Positions 1 through 7,880 of a stretch of DNA of 24,000 bases are shown here, one piece after another. How positions within the stretch are numbered: position 1 is the first letter of the stretch; each line of letters opens with the position of its first letter. The notes below the pieces were generated by a model. It saw nothing but the letters and a program-made list of their open reading frames with translations. It was not told the DNA's origin and searched no databases. Source of the stretch: Desulfobacteraceae bacterium (GTDB taxonomy: Bacteria; Desulfobacterota; Desulfobacteria; Desulfobacterales; JAUWMJ01); the NCBI GenBank assembly GCA_030612225.1, contig JAUWOH010000005.1, positions 1 to 24,000 on the forward strand, read 5' to 3'. The translations under genes were made by a program, and so were the position numbers.

Positions 1-910
1 GCATCAGGCTTGCTGCAACAGCTTCCCTTGTGCTCTTGAGCAATTCGGAAATGGCAATAACCCCAAGGAGTGAAGAATCTTTAATCAAGCTGATAAACTG
101 ACCCGCAAGAGGTGGTAATATCCTCCGTAAAGCCTGTGGCAAGATGATATGCCGCATGGACTGCATATATGTCATTCCAAGGGAGCTCGCGGCTTCTATC
201 TGCCCCCGATGTATGGACTGGATACCGGCTCTGACGATTTCCGTGACATATGCTCCCGCAAAGCAGGCCAAAGAGGTGACTCCATACCAGAATGCAGGGA
301 TACGCCCGATTCCGTACGAGGCAAGAAGATCGTTTATCACAGTCCCCAGAACATAATACCAGATAATGATTTGAACGAGGAGCGGTGACCCGCGGATCAA
401 TTCAATGTAGACAATGGTTAACCATTTAAGTGCGGGATTATCCGAGATGCGAAACAACCCTCCGATTATGCCGATCAGGATTCCAAAAATTGTCGCAATT
501 ACACTGAGTTTTATTGTAATCCAGAGACCAACTATTAAAAGACCCGCTTTCCATTCTTTATAACTTGCAAGTATATCTGCTTCAGATATCGAATCTCCTT
601 CTTCGACTTTCACGCTGGATGCAGGAACAGTGAAAATTTCGCTTTCTTCTGTTCCTTTTAGGGTGATTACAGCCTTTTCACCCTTAATTTCGATGGATCT
701 GATTCTTCCGCCGAATTCAGCTACAGTATTAATATCGTCTTCATAAAGGAAATATTGGGGAATCCGATACCACCCCCATATATACTCTACTTGTTGTGTT
801 GCAAGGTAAAACAATCCGATCCCGGTCAATATTATCGCGACAAATACTCCGACCCACAAATTGTAATGAGGTATTTTGTTTAATTGGCTATGATTTTCTG
901 GTTCATTCAT
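1..910 (-). CDS. Polar amino-acid ABC transporter permease (HisM/GlnP type); 3' end lies beyond the left window edge
   Basis: It is not in the ORF track because its stop lies outside the window. The ATG is at 910-908 and the frame appears open down to nt 2. Hand translation gives MNEPENHSQLNKIPHYNLWVGVF (910-842), then ...VYIELIRGSPLLVQI...YVTEIVRAGIQSIHRGQIEAASSLGMT...ILPQALRRILPPLAGQFISLIKDSSLLGVIAISELLKSTREAVAASLM (to nt 2). This is the classic conserved-loop signature of this permease family. The gene lies 97 nt downstream of the binding-protein gene on the same strand. Confidence 0.8.
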   Translation of the reverse strand, partial: MNEPENHSQLNKIPHYNLWVGVFVAIILTGIGLFYLATQQVEYIWGWYRIPQYFLYEDDINTVAEFGGRIRSIEIKGEKAVITLKGTEESEIFTVPASSVKVEEGDSISEADILASYKEWKAGLLIVGLWITIKLSVIATIFGILIGIIGGLFRISDNPALKWLTIVYIELIRGSPLLVQIIIWYYVLGTVINDLLASYGIGRIPAFWYGVTSLACFAGAYVTEIVRAGIQSIHRGQIEAASSLGMTYMQSMRHIILPQALRRILPPLAGQFISLIKDSSLLGVIAISELLKSTREAVAASLM

Positions 911-1007
911 GGTTTTAGTTTTCTTTCCGTCAGATAGTTATAATGAAACAGGCCAACCATGTAAATATCAGCCATGATTGACCTGTTAAGTTTATTATAA
1001 TACCTTG

Positions 1008-1835
1008 TTATTTAACATCTTTTTTCCACTCAGAACCGCTGATCCAGTAATTGTAGGTTTTTTCGTAGAACCCGTCACCTCTGGTCTGCCTCAAGAAATT
1101 GTTGAGATAGTTCAAAAAGTCAGGATCACCCTGATTGATTGCCCATGCAAGAGGCTCATATGTAAAAGGTTCATTCAGGAAAACGGTTTTGCCTTTACCC
1201 TGGGCTGCATACATATAACCGCAGAAGGGAAGGTCATATATGAAAGCATCAGCCTTGCCGTTGATGACTTCCATTGCCGCATCGGATTCAGTTTCATAAC
1301 CTTTATATGTAGCATTGGGCAGGTATGTTTTAATAGCCTTTTCACCTGTTGTTCCCACTCTTGATGTAACAAGATATTTTTTCCTGTTTAGATCTTTGTA
1401 GGATTTAACTTTTTTTGCATGTTTTTTGTTCAAAAGAACTGACTGCCCCACAACAATATAGGGGTTAGCAAACGCTACTCTAAGATTTCTTTCCTGGGTA
1501 ATGGTCATACCGCCCATGATAATATCGAATTTATTTGTCACGAGTGCGGGAATAATACCATCCCATGCGGTGTTGACCGGTACGAATTTAACACCCATTG
1601 CCTTGGCCAGCCTTTTTCCAAAATCCATGTCAAAACCGATGTAGGCACCTTTTTTATTAGTCATTTCAAAAGGTACATAACCTGACTCAAATCCGACACG
1701 AAGTTCTCCTCTTTTTAAAATCTTCTGGATTGTCGATTTTGTTGCGAGATTAATATCTGCACCAATTGCAGGCATGCAAATACTAAAAGAAAATAAAATG
1801 CTTACTGCCAACCCAATTACTAAACTTTTTTTCAT
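1008..1835 (-). CDS. Amino-acid ABC transporter periplasmic substrate-binding protein (family 3)
   Basis: 275-aa ORF with an N-terminal signal peptide (MKKSLVIGLAVSILFSFSICMPAIGA). It has the typical SBP-3 core (GFDMDFGKRLAKAMGVKFVPVNTAWDGIIPALVTNKFDIIMGGMTIT). A strong SD, AAGGAGGA, lies at 1841-1848 on the minus strand. Confidence 0.85.
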   Translation of the reverse strand: MKKSLVIGLAVSILFSFSICMPAIGADINLATKSTIQKILKRGELRVGFESGYVPFEMTNKKGAYIGFDMDFGKRLAKAMGVKFVPVNTAWDGIIPALVTNKFDIIMGGMTITQERNLRVAFANPYIVVGQSVLLNKKHAKKVKSYKDLNRKKYLVTSRVGTTGEKAIKTYLPNATYKGYETESDAAMEVINGKADAFIYDLPFCGYMYAAQGKGKTVFLNEPFTYEPLAWAINQGDPDFLNYLNNFLRQTRGDGFYEKTYNYWISGSEWKKDVK

Positions 1836-1932
1836 TTTTCTCCTCCTTAATTAATGTTGTTTTGTCATATTGCAGCAAAAGCTTTACAGTTCACCCGCAA
1901 ACTAATATGACTTCCCCCCTTTAAAAATGAGA

Positions 1933-2115
1933 GCATCACCGATTTGTTAAAATGGTTCTCACTTATTAAATTATTTATTTTTTAGCGAAAACCTCGCAAG
2001 CATGTTTCAGGGGTCAGGTTTCAGGTGGCAGTAGTAAGAAGCGAATTAGCTGACACCTGAACACTGAAACCTGAAACCAAAAAGTCTTGGAAAGCCATTA
2101 ACAAACTGGTAATGC
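1933..2115. repeat. Nested inverted repeat element
   Basis: The outer arms are GCATCACCGATTTGTTAA (1933-1950) and TTAACAAACTGGTAATGC (2098-2115), 15/18 complementary. The inner arms are 2004-2027 and 2054-2077, built of GTTTCAGG-type units. Confidence 0.7.
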
Positions 2116-2411
2116 ACCCTTAAAAATACCGACATGACCATGCGTGTATCACACTCTCAACATTTGGGTATATCTTCCCTTTGAAGGCAGATTATCTCTG
2201 TATGCTTAAACTTAGGGCATCACTTCAACTGGTTTTTGTTTATCCCGCATGTTCACACTACTTTGATTACATTCTCTTTAGCACAATAATTTAAAATCGC
2301 AAGATGTTTTTTCAAAATCGGTATAGAAGCAAGCAGGGATTAATACCTACAACGCAACTTACCAGCATTATTTAGCAACAACTTCTTTTTGTGTCATTCG
2401 ATATTGTTGCT

Positions 2412-2530
2412 GGTTACGTGTTTCGGGTTGCGGGGTATAAAAAATGATTATTTTTTTTAAAACTCGCCTGTCTGCGTGCGATCACGCACAGGCAGGCAAC
2501 CATCAACTCGTAACTCGAAACACTTACGAG
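2412..2530. repeat. Nested inverted repeat element with central GC-rich hairpin (module M5)
   Basis: The arms are 2412-2435 (GGTTACGTGTTTCGGGTTGCGGGG) and 2504-2530 (CAACTCGTAACTCGAAACACTTACGAG), which are imperfectly complementary. The central hairpin at 2466-2497 recurs in inverted orientation at 21137-21164. Confidence 0.65.
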
Positions 2531-2616
2531 ATAGCCAAACAAGCAATTGAAAAGGCACATTATGATTAGCGATAAATATCTTTGTAGAGCTATACACCCT
2601 CTGAGAAACGTTTACC

Positions 2617-2646
2617 TTGACACAAATGTTGATGGAAAGCTATAAA
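2617..2646 (+). promoter_or_regulatory. Candidate sigma70-type promoter for pfp
   Basis: TTGACA (2617-2622), an 18-nt spacer, then TATAAA (2641-2646). It would give an ~80-nt leader. Confidence 0.45.
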
Positions 2647-2679
2647 GGCTGGGAAGCTGGAAGGTTGGGAGGTTGGGGG
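2647..2679 (+). other. G-run tract (7 runs of G2-G5 in 33 nt, 8-nt periodicity) in the predicted pfp leader
   Basis: The sequence is GGctGGGaagctGGaaGGttGGGaGGttGGGGG. I found no complementary C-rich partner in the same spacer. Confidence 0.7.
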
Positions 2680-2730
2680 CTGTAAAACCGGGATGGCCAA
2701 AAATCAACATTAAAAAGATGGAGGATATCG

Positions 2731-4818
2731 ATGCCGGTAAAAAAATCTGTAAGCATTGAGAAGCTTTTGGATAATGCTAAAGTTAAGGGTGTAACTGATA
2801 ACATTAACCGGGAAGTAATCGAAAGAAGAGAAAGCATTCCGCCAAAGTGTGGTGTTTTTTTAAAAGATTATACAATGTTAAATGAGGATTTGGACTACAA
2901 TTTTGACATTGGTAAAGAAGCAACTAAAAGCCTTCCAAAGATAATTAAAAATAAGGTTCAAAAGGTTATTGGTATCGATTCTCCTGACGAATCTTTTAAA
3001 AAAGAATACTGCAAAAGGCGCAATATCGGTCTTGTATTTTCCGGCGGGCCAGCCCCTGGAGGACATAACGTTATTGCAGGGCTCTATGATGCAGCAAAAA
3101 AAGCAAATCAAAATTCAAAAATATACGGCTTTTTGCTTGGTCCTGACGGGATAATTGAAAACGAGGCTGTTGAGTTGACCGACGATATTGTGGATACATA
3201 CAGAAACCTGGGCGGTTTTGGTATGATCAAGACAGGCAGAACAAAAATTGATACGGACGAGAAAATGGCACTTTCCAGAGAAACCTGTAAGCAGCTTGAG
3301 CTTGATGCTATAGTCATCGTGGGCGGAGATGATTCAAACACAAATGCTGCATTTCTTGCCCAGGAGATGTTTGAAGACGGTATTCAGGTTATTGGTGTTC
3401 CGAAAACAATTGACGGAGATATCCAGGTAAGAGACGCAGACGGCCAAGTTTTATGTGCCATATCATTTGGCTTTCATACAGCAGCCCGGTCCTTTGCCAA
3501 TTCAATAGGAAACCTGTGTACAGACAGCGGTTCTGATGTCAAATACTGGCACATCTGCAAAGTTATGGGACGGGTAGCAAGTCACCTCGCGCTTGAGGTT
3601 GCCCTCCAGACTCATGCGAATATTACCCTTATCGGAGAGGATCTTGCCGACTATAAGGACAAAGAGAGAATCAAAAGGGCTGAAAAAGAAAACACTGTGG
3701 ATTATACCGCATACGGTATGACACTTCGGCATCTTTCCCGCTTGATATGTAACGGCATTGTCAGGAGAGCGGCTGTGGGTAAAAATCACGGCGTAATAGT
3801 CATCCCCGAAGGCGTACTGGAATTTATAAACGAAATACAGGTTTTTATTATAAAGCTTAGTACAATCATTGCAGAGTATAATAGATCCCATGATACAAAT
3901 TTTCATTCCCACTTTCCTTTGCGTAAGGACAAGCTGAACTACTTAAGAGGGCTTGCCCGACGTTCACGGGAGGATGAATCTTTTACGGTATGGAACACCA
4001 GGGATGATGACCTGTTTAATGTTATCCCGGCATTTTTTCAGGAGGGGCTCCTCACAGAAAGGGACAGTCATGGAAATTTCCAGTTTTCGCAGGTTGAAAC
4101 CGACAAAATTATTATGGGACTGGTTAAGGATTACCTCAATATTTTAAAGGAAAAAGGTGTGTATAAAATAGGAATTAAAAAATCCTATTACAAAAAGGCT
4201 CTTCAAAAAGAAGAGCTTGATCCGGATTCTTTCGGCCCGGTTATCTTTAAGAACTACATCGATGCTGATTTTCTGCTTGTTAAACCATCAATAGTATCCA
4301 TAAAAACTCTTAAAAAGGCTCTTGTAAGGGAATGCATAATAGATAAAGATGAAAAAATTCCTGTTTCGATTGAAAATATTTACAAAAAATCAGTCCCAAA
4401 TTTCAAAACCCAGACTCATTTTTACGGCTATGACGGCAGGGGAAATGATCCAACCCGGTTTGACTGTAATTACACATACAACCTGGGACTGACTGTATTC
4501 AGTTTAATAGCTAACAAAGCCACAGGACAAATGGCTGCCATTAAGAATTTGGATCTTGATTTTTCAAAGTGGGAACCTGTGGGAATACCGATTGCACCTC
4601 TGATGCACCTTGAGGAAAGAAAGGGAAAACTGGCACTGGTATTGGAAAAAAGTATTGTGGATATAAATTCGAATTCTTTCAGAATTGTGAAGGCTTTAAG
4701 AGAAAAATGGCTCGCAGCTGAGCCAGGGGAGGACAACTACAGACGGCCGGGTCCTATACGCTTTACAGGAAAAAGTGAGGAGGACAGACCGATAACTCTT
4801 GAGTTGAATGCTATTTAA
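2731..4818 (+). CDS. pfp: Diphosphate (PPi)-dependent 6-phosphofructokinase, long form
   Basis: 695-aa ORF with SD GGAGGA at 2720-2725. PFK motifs are present: GLVFSGGPAPGGHNVI, IVGGDDSNTNA, GVPKTIDGD and HFYGYDGRG. The Asp in GGDD and the Lys in PKTIDGD are the residues established as discriminating PPi- from ATP-dependent enzymes. Confidence 0.85.
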   Translation: MPVKKSVSIEKLLDNAKVKGVTDNINREVIERRESIPPKCGVFLKDYTMLNEDLDYNFDIGKEATKSLPKIIKNKVQKVIGIDSPDESFKKEYCKRRNIGLVFSGGPAPGGHNVIAGLYDAAKKANQNSKIYGFLLGPDGIIENEAVELTDDIVDTYRNLGGFGMIKTGRTKIDTDEKMALSRETCKQLELDAIVIVGGDDSNTNAAFLAQEMFEDGIQVIGVPKTIDGDIQVRDADGQVLCAISFGFHTAARSFANSIGNLCTDSGSDVKYWHICKVMGRVASHLALEVALQTHANITLIGEDLADYKDKERIKRAEKENTVDYTAYGMTLRHLSRLICNGIVRRAAVGKNHGVIVIPEGVLEFINEIQVFIIKLSTIIAEYNRSHDTNFHSHFPLRKDKLNYLRGLARRSREDESFTVWNTRDDDLFNVIPAFFQEGLLTERDSHGNFQFSQVETDKIIMGLVKDYLNILKEKGVYKIGIKKSYYKKALQKEELDPDSFGPVIFKNYIDADFLLVKPSIVSIKTLKKALVRECIIDKDEKIPVSIENIYKKSVPNFKTQTHFYGYDGRGNDPTRFDCNYTYNLGLTVFSLIANKATGQMAAIKNLDLDFSKWEPVGIPIAPLMHLEERKGKLALVLEKSIVDINSNSFRIVKALREKWLAAEPGEDNYRRPGPIRFTGKSEEDRPITLELNAI

Positions 4819-4821
4819 CTG

Positions 4822-4975
4822 AGGGGTCGGGGAGTTTTTCAGTCTCCGCTATGTTCGTATGAGGGAAAGCCCTATCGCTCGGGCGATAGGGCTTTCCCTC
4901 ATACGAACCGCTGAATATCAATAAAGCGCTAACAGTTTACCAAAATGGCCTTTGGGGAAAAACTCCCCGACCCCT
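4822..4975. repeat. Perfect double-nested palindrome directly after the pfp stop
   Basis: The outer stem is 19 bp and perfect (4822-4840 / 4957-4975). The inner hairpin is 26 bp and perfect (4853-4878 / 4883-4908) with a 4-nt loop, TCGG. Confidence 0.9.
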
Positions 4976-5091
4976 TATTTAACTTACGGTATTGTCTTTT
5001 GTCCGGTAATCAAGACGCTATTCATGTTTTCCATAGCATTTTTTGTAACCATATTCCTTTTTTGTCTGACCATTGCAAGCGGAGCGAATGA

Positions 5092-5850
5092 ATGTTCACA
5101 AGAGCCATTGTAAGAAAGCCTGGAAAAAACATTGCAGAGGGTATTACCACGGCCAACCTGGAACAACCTGACTATGACAAAGCCATTGACCAGTTTGGTG
5201 CCTATATCAAAACCCTTAAATCTTTTGGTCTGACCGTGGACGTTATCGAGTCATCCCCTGTTTATCCGGATGCACATTTTGTTGAAGATACAGCGGTTGT
5301 GACACCGGATATTGCGGTAATAACCAACCCGGGTGCTGCAGCAAGAAACGGAGAACAGCTCGATATCGAACCTGTTTTGAAAAAGTATAGAAATATCGCT
5401 CACATCAAAAACCCCGGGACCGTAGATGGGGGCGATGTGCTGATGGTTGGCAACCATTTTTTCATCGGTATCTCGGACAGAACCAACGAAAAAGGAGCCC
5501 AACAGCTTGGCAACATCCTGGCATCATACCGAAATACATGGACGACAATTCCTGTTGATGTAGGACTTCATTTCAAATCAAGCGTGAATTATGTCGGTAA
5601 AAACACCTTGTTGGTAACACCGGATTTCGCCGACCATCCGGCACTGGCTTCCTATGAAAAAATCATGGTAGGATCAGGCGAAGACTATGCCGGCAATACC
5701 TTGCTAATCAACAACAAACTGATTGTTCCAAAAGGCTTTCCCGAAACCAGAAAAAAACTTGAAAGGCTTAAACTGGACATCGTTGAACTGGACATGAGCG
5801 AGTTCAGAAAAATGGATGGGGGGTTGACCTGTCTTTCCATCCGGTTTTAG
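5092..5850 (+). CDS. NG,NG-dimethylarginine dimethylaminohydrolase (DDAH; amidinotransferase superfamily)
   Basis: 252-aa ORF with end-to-end resemblance to bacterial DDAH as I recall it. Shared elements include an N-terminal MF..AIVRKPG...PDYDKA, then FVEDTAVV, PGTVDGGDVLMVGNHFFIGISDRTN, and the C-terminal catalytic-Cys motif MDGGLTCLSIRF. SD GGAG lies just upstream. Confidence 0.85.
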   Translation: MFTRAIVRKPGKNIAEGITTANLEQPDYDKAIDQFGAYIKTLKSFGLTVDVIESSPVYPDAHFVEDTAVVTPDIAVITNPGAAARNGEQLDIEPVLKKYRNIAHIKNPGTVDGGDVLMVGNHFFIGISDRTNEKGAQQLGNILASYRNTWTTIPVDVGLHFKSSVNYVGKNTLLVTPDFADHPALASYEKIMVGSGEDYAGNTLLINNKLIVPKGFPETRKKLERLKLDIVELDMSEFRKMDGGLTCLSIRF

Positions 5851-5916
5851 CCGAAATTTCTTTTATTTATTGAGCTTTGACAAAAGGCGTGTAATACTTT
5901 GGGACTATAACATATT

Positions 5917-6073
5917 TGATGAATTCGTAAAAAGTCGAATTCATCAGGTTTTAGGTGTTAAGTTTTAGGTTTTAAGTTAATGATATTATCTGTTTTAACA
6001 GAGACTTAAAACTTAAATCCTAAAACTTAAAACGTTTCGTAAAAAGTGGTTTTTTACTTTTTACGAAACCATC
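5917..6073. repeat. Composite palindromic element between the convergent DDAH and CBS-ACT genes
   Basis: Hairpin 5917-5927 / 5936-5946 is 11 bp. The tandem-unit arms are 5947-5978 / 6004-6033. Hairpin GTTTCGTAAAAAGT (6034-6047) / ACTTTTTACGAAAC (6056-6069) is 14 bp; on the minus strand it is followed by a T-rich run. The M4 core TTCGTAAAAAGT is present three times. Confidence 0.85.
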
Positions 6074-6077
6074 GAGG

Positions 6078-6683
6078 TTAATCCATGGCATCCGGCACTT
6101 CAAAACCGCTGTCTTCAAGAGCTTTTTTTATAATATCCGTTTTGCAGACAGAAAGCCTAAAATAGTATATTCGTTTGCTTGTTTGCTGAGCCGCCATCCC
6201 AACATTAATTATATCTCCGCCATTGTCATTGATAATCTGCAAGGCCTTTCTGAATAATCCGGGTTCATCTTTTACCTCAACATCTATACGTGAACTTGCG
6301 GTAAGAATGCCCATCATATCGATAAAAGTCCGAAGTATATCCGATTCAGTTATTATGCCTACAAGCTTATTTTTTTTAACTACCGGGATGCCGCCTATCT
6401 TGTGCTTGTAAATAAGCTGTGCCGCGATCTCTATATCACTATCAGGATCTACGGTTATCGGTTTTTTTATCATTAGATCTGTCAAAGTAAGGTCTCCCAC
6501 CATGGCAGGGATAAGGCCCTGTTTTAAATCAGCAAGTGTTAGAAAACCCTTCAGTATCTTTTTTTGTGAAACAACAGGCAGGTGCCGAATGGAGTTTACT
6601 TTCATAAGTTCAATAGCATCACTGACAGAAGCTTTTTCCGTGATAGTGATCGGGTCCGGAATCATTAAGGCATTGATTTTCAT
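6078..6683 (-). CDS. CBS-pair plus ACT domain protein (AcuB-like)
   Basis: 201-aa ORF with two CBS repeats (..IRHLPVV.. and ..IGGIPVVKKNKLVGIITESDILR..) followed by an ACT-like C-terminal domain. Its start lies 18 nt after the ahbD stop and has SD AAGGA, so cotranscription is predicted. Confidence 0.8.
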   Translation of the reverse strand: MKINALMIPDPITITEKASVSDAIELMKVNSIRHLPVVSQKKILKGFLTLADLKQGLIPAMVGDLTLTDLMIKKPITVDPDSDIEIAAQLIYKHKIGGIPVVKKNKLVGIITESDILRTFIDMMGILTASSRIDVEVKDEPGLFRKALQIINDNGGDIINVGMAAQQTSKRIYYFRLSVCKTDIIKKALEDSGFEVPDAMD

Positions 6684-6701
6684 AACGCGATATCCTTGGT
6701 T

Positions 6702-7799
6702 TCAAGTTGAAACTGGTTGATAATTACAAAGGGGCTCTTCGGCCAGGAAATCACCGGTGGCTTCATAGGCCCTTGCCCGGCATCCACCACAAACTCTTTT
6801 AAACTCACATTTTCCGCACTTTCCCTTCAGTTTATCATAATTGCGCAGAGATAGAAAGGTATCTGAATTATTCCATATTGTGGCAAAAGAATTTTTTGTA
6901 ACATCGCCGCAATTTAAATCCAAAAATCCGCATGGCTGAACAACTCCTGTGTGTGAAATAAAACAGAACCCGATACCACCCAGACACCCCCGGGTTACGG
7001 CATCCAGACCATGTGATTTGAATGTGACGGACTTGTTTTCTTTTTTTGCCCTTTGTCTGAGTATCCGGTAGTAATGTGGAGCACATGTCGCTTTCAGTTG
7101 CAGGGGAGTTGTTTCTCTCTGGTCATAAAACCAGTTCAATGTATTTTCATATTCATCTGCCGTAATCTCCTGATCTACAATATATTTTCCTCTGCCGGTA
7201 GGCACAAGGAGAAAAATATGATGGGCGACAGCGCCAAGTTTTATGGCAAGATCCTGGATTTTTGGAATTTGATCAAGATTTGTCTTTGTAATCGTAGTGT
7301 TTATCTGAAATTCAACACCTGCTTGCTTTGCCAGTTTGATTCCGTTTAGAGCGCCTTCAAAAGCCCCCTTAACCCCGCGGAAGCTGTCATGGCTTTCTGC
7401 TGTAGCACCATCTAAGCTGATACTTATCCTTTTAATGCCGGAATCGGCCATTTGTTCGGCATAAGCTTCGGTTATCAAAGTACCGTTAGGCGCCATAACC
7501 ATCCTGAGACCTTTGCCCGTGCCATATTTTGCAATATTAAAAATATCAGGACGCAGCAAAGGTTCACCACCTGTAAGTATGACAATCGGTTCACCTACAA
7601 GGGCAATTTGATCCAGAAGACGAAAAGAGGCCTGAGTGTCAAGCTCCCCGGCGTACGGGCCTTTTGTTGCCGATGCCCGGCAGTGTACACAGGTCAGGTT
7701 GCAGTTGCGTGTAGTTTCCCATGCAACAAGTCGAAGGGTTGCTTCTTTTTTCTCGCTGTGTGGATGAGATGGTTTTTTATGTTCAGTTTTTTTTATCAT
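6702..7799 (-). CDS. ahbD: Radical SAM/SPASM heme synthase of the alternative pathway, AhbD (NirJ1-like)
   Basis: 365-aa ORF. It has the radical SAM motif CNLTCVHC within LRLVAWETTRNCNLTCVHCRA. It also has a C-terminal SPASM-type Cys cluster (CGFLDLNCG...CGKCEFKRVCGGCRARA...PLC). Clustering with hemB and a second NirJ-type gene supports the call. Family membership is confident; the AhbD-versus-AhbC assignment is from memory of N-terminal patterns. Confidence 0.65.
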   Translation of the reverse strand: MIKKTEHKKPSHPHSEKKEATLRLVAWETTRNCNLTCVHCRASATKGPYAGELDTQASFRLLDQIALVGEPIVILTGGEPLLRPDIFNIAKYGTGKGLRMVMAPNGTLITEAYAEQMADSGIKRISISLDGATAESHDSFRGVKGAFEGALNGIKLAKQAGVEFQINTTITKTNLDQIPKIQDLAIKLGAVAHHIFLLVPTGRGKYIVDQEITADEYENTLNWFYDQRETTPLQLKATCAPHYYRILRQRAKKENKSVTFKSHGLDAVTRGCLGGIGFCFISHTGVVQPCGFLDLNCGDVTKNSFATIWNNSDTFLSLRNYDKLKGKCGKCEFKRVCGGCRARAYEATGDFLAEEPLCNYQPVST

Positions 7800-7880
7800 T
7801 TTTTAAAGTGAAGAATCTTGGCCCGAAGGCCGTAACATTGATTTATCTCTCGAAGGTGCTGTCAGATATACTATGTTTTA

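Noticed and set aside
144-388. Two plus-strand ORFs (70 and 79 aa)
   Set aside because: They lie entirely antisense to the well-supported ABC permease frame. They have no SD and no family resemblance, so they are shadow ORFs.
1005-1372. ORFs 1005..1364 (+) and 1175..1372 (-) inside the binding-protein gene
   Set aside because: They are antisense or out-of-frame overlaps of a confident CDS, and their composition is not protein-like.
2640-2837. 65-aa minus-strand ORF ending in PQPPNLPASQPL
   Set aside because: It is translated from the complement of the G-run tract and overlaps the pfp start. It is a low-complexity artefact.
2878-4736. Several ORFs of 61-136 aa on both strands within pfp (for example 3502..3912 -)
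   Set aside because: All are nested in the PPi-PFK gene, whose frame carries unmistakable family motifs.
7053-7811. ORFs 7053..7349 (+) and 7452..7811 (+)
   Set aside because: They are antisense to ahbD, and the Cys/Phe-rich translation is typical of reverse-frame artefacts.
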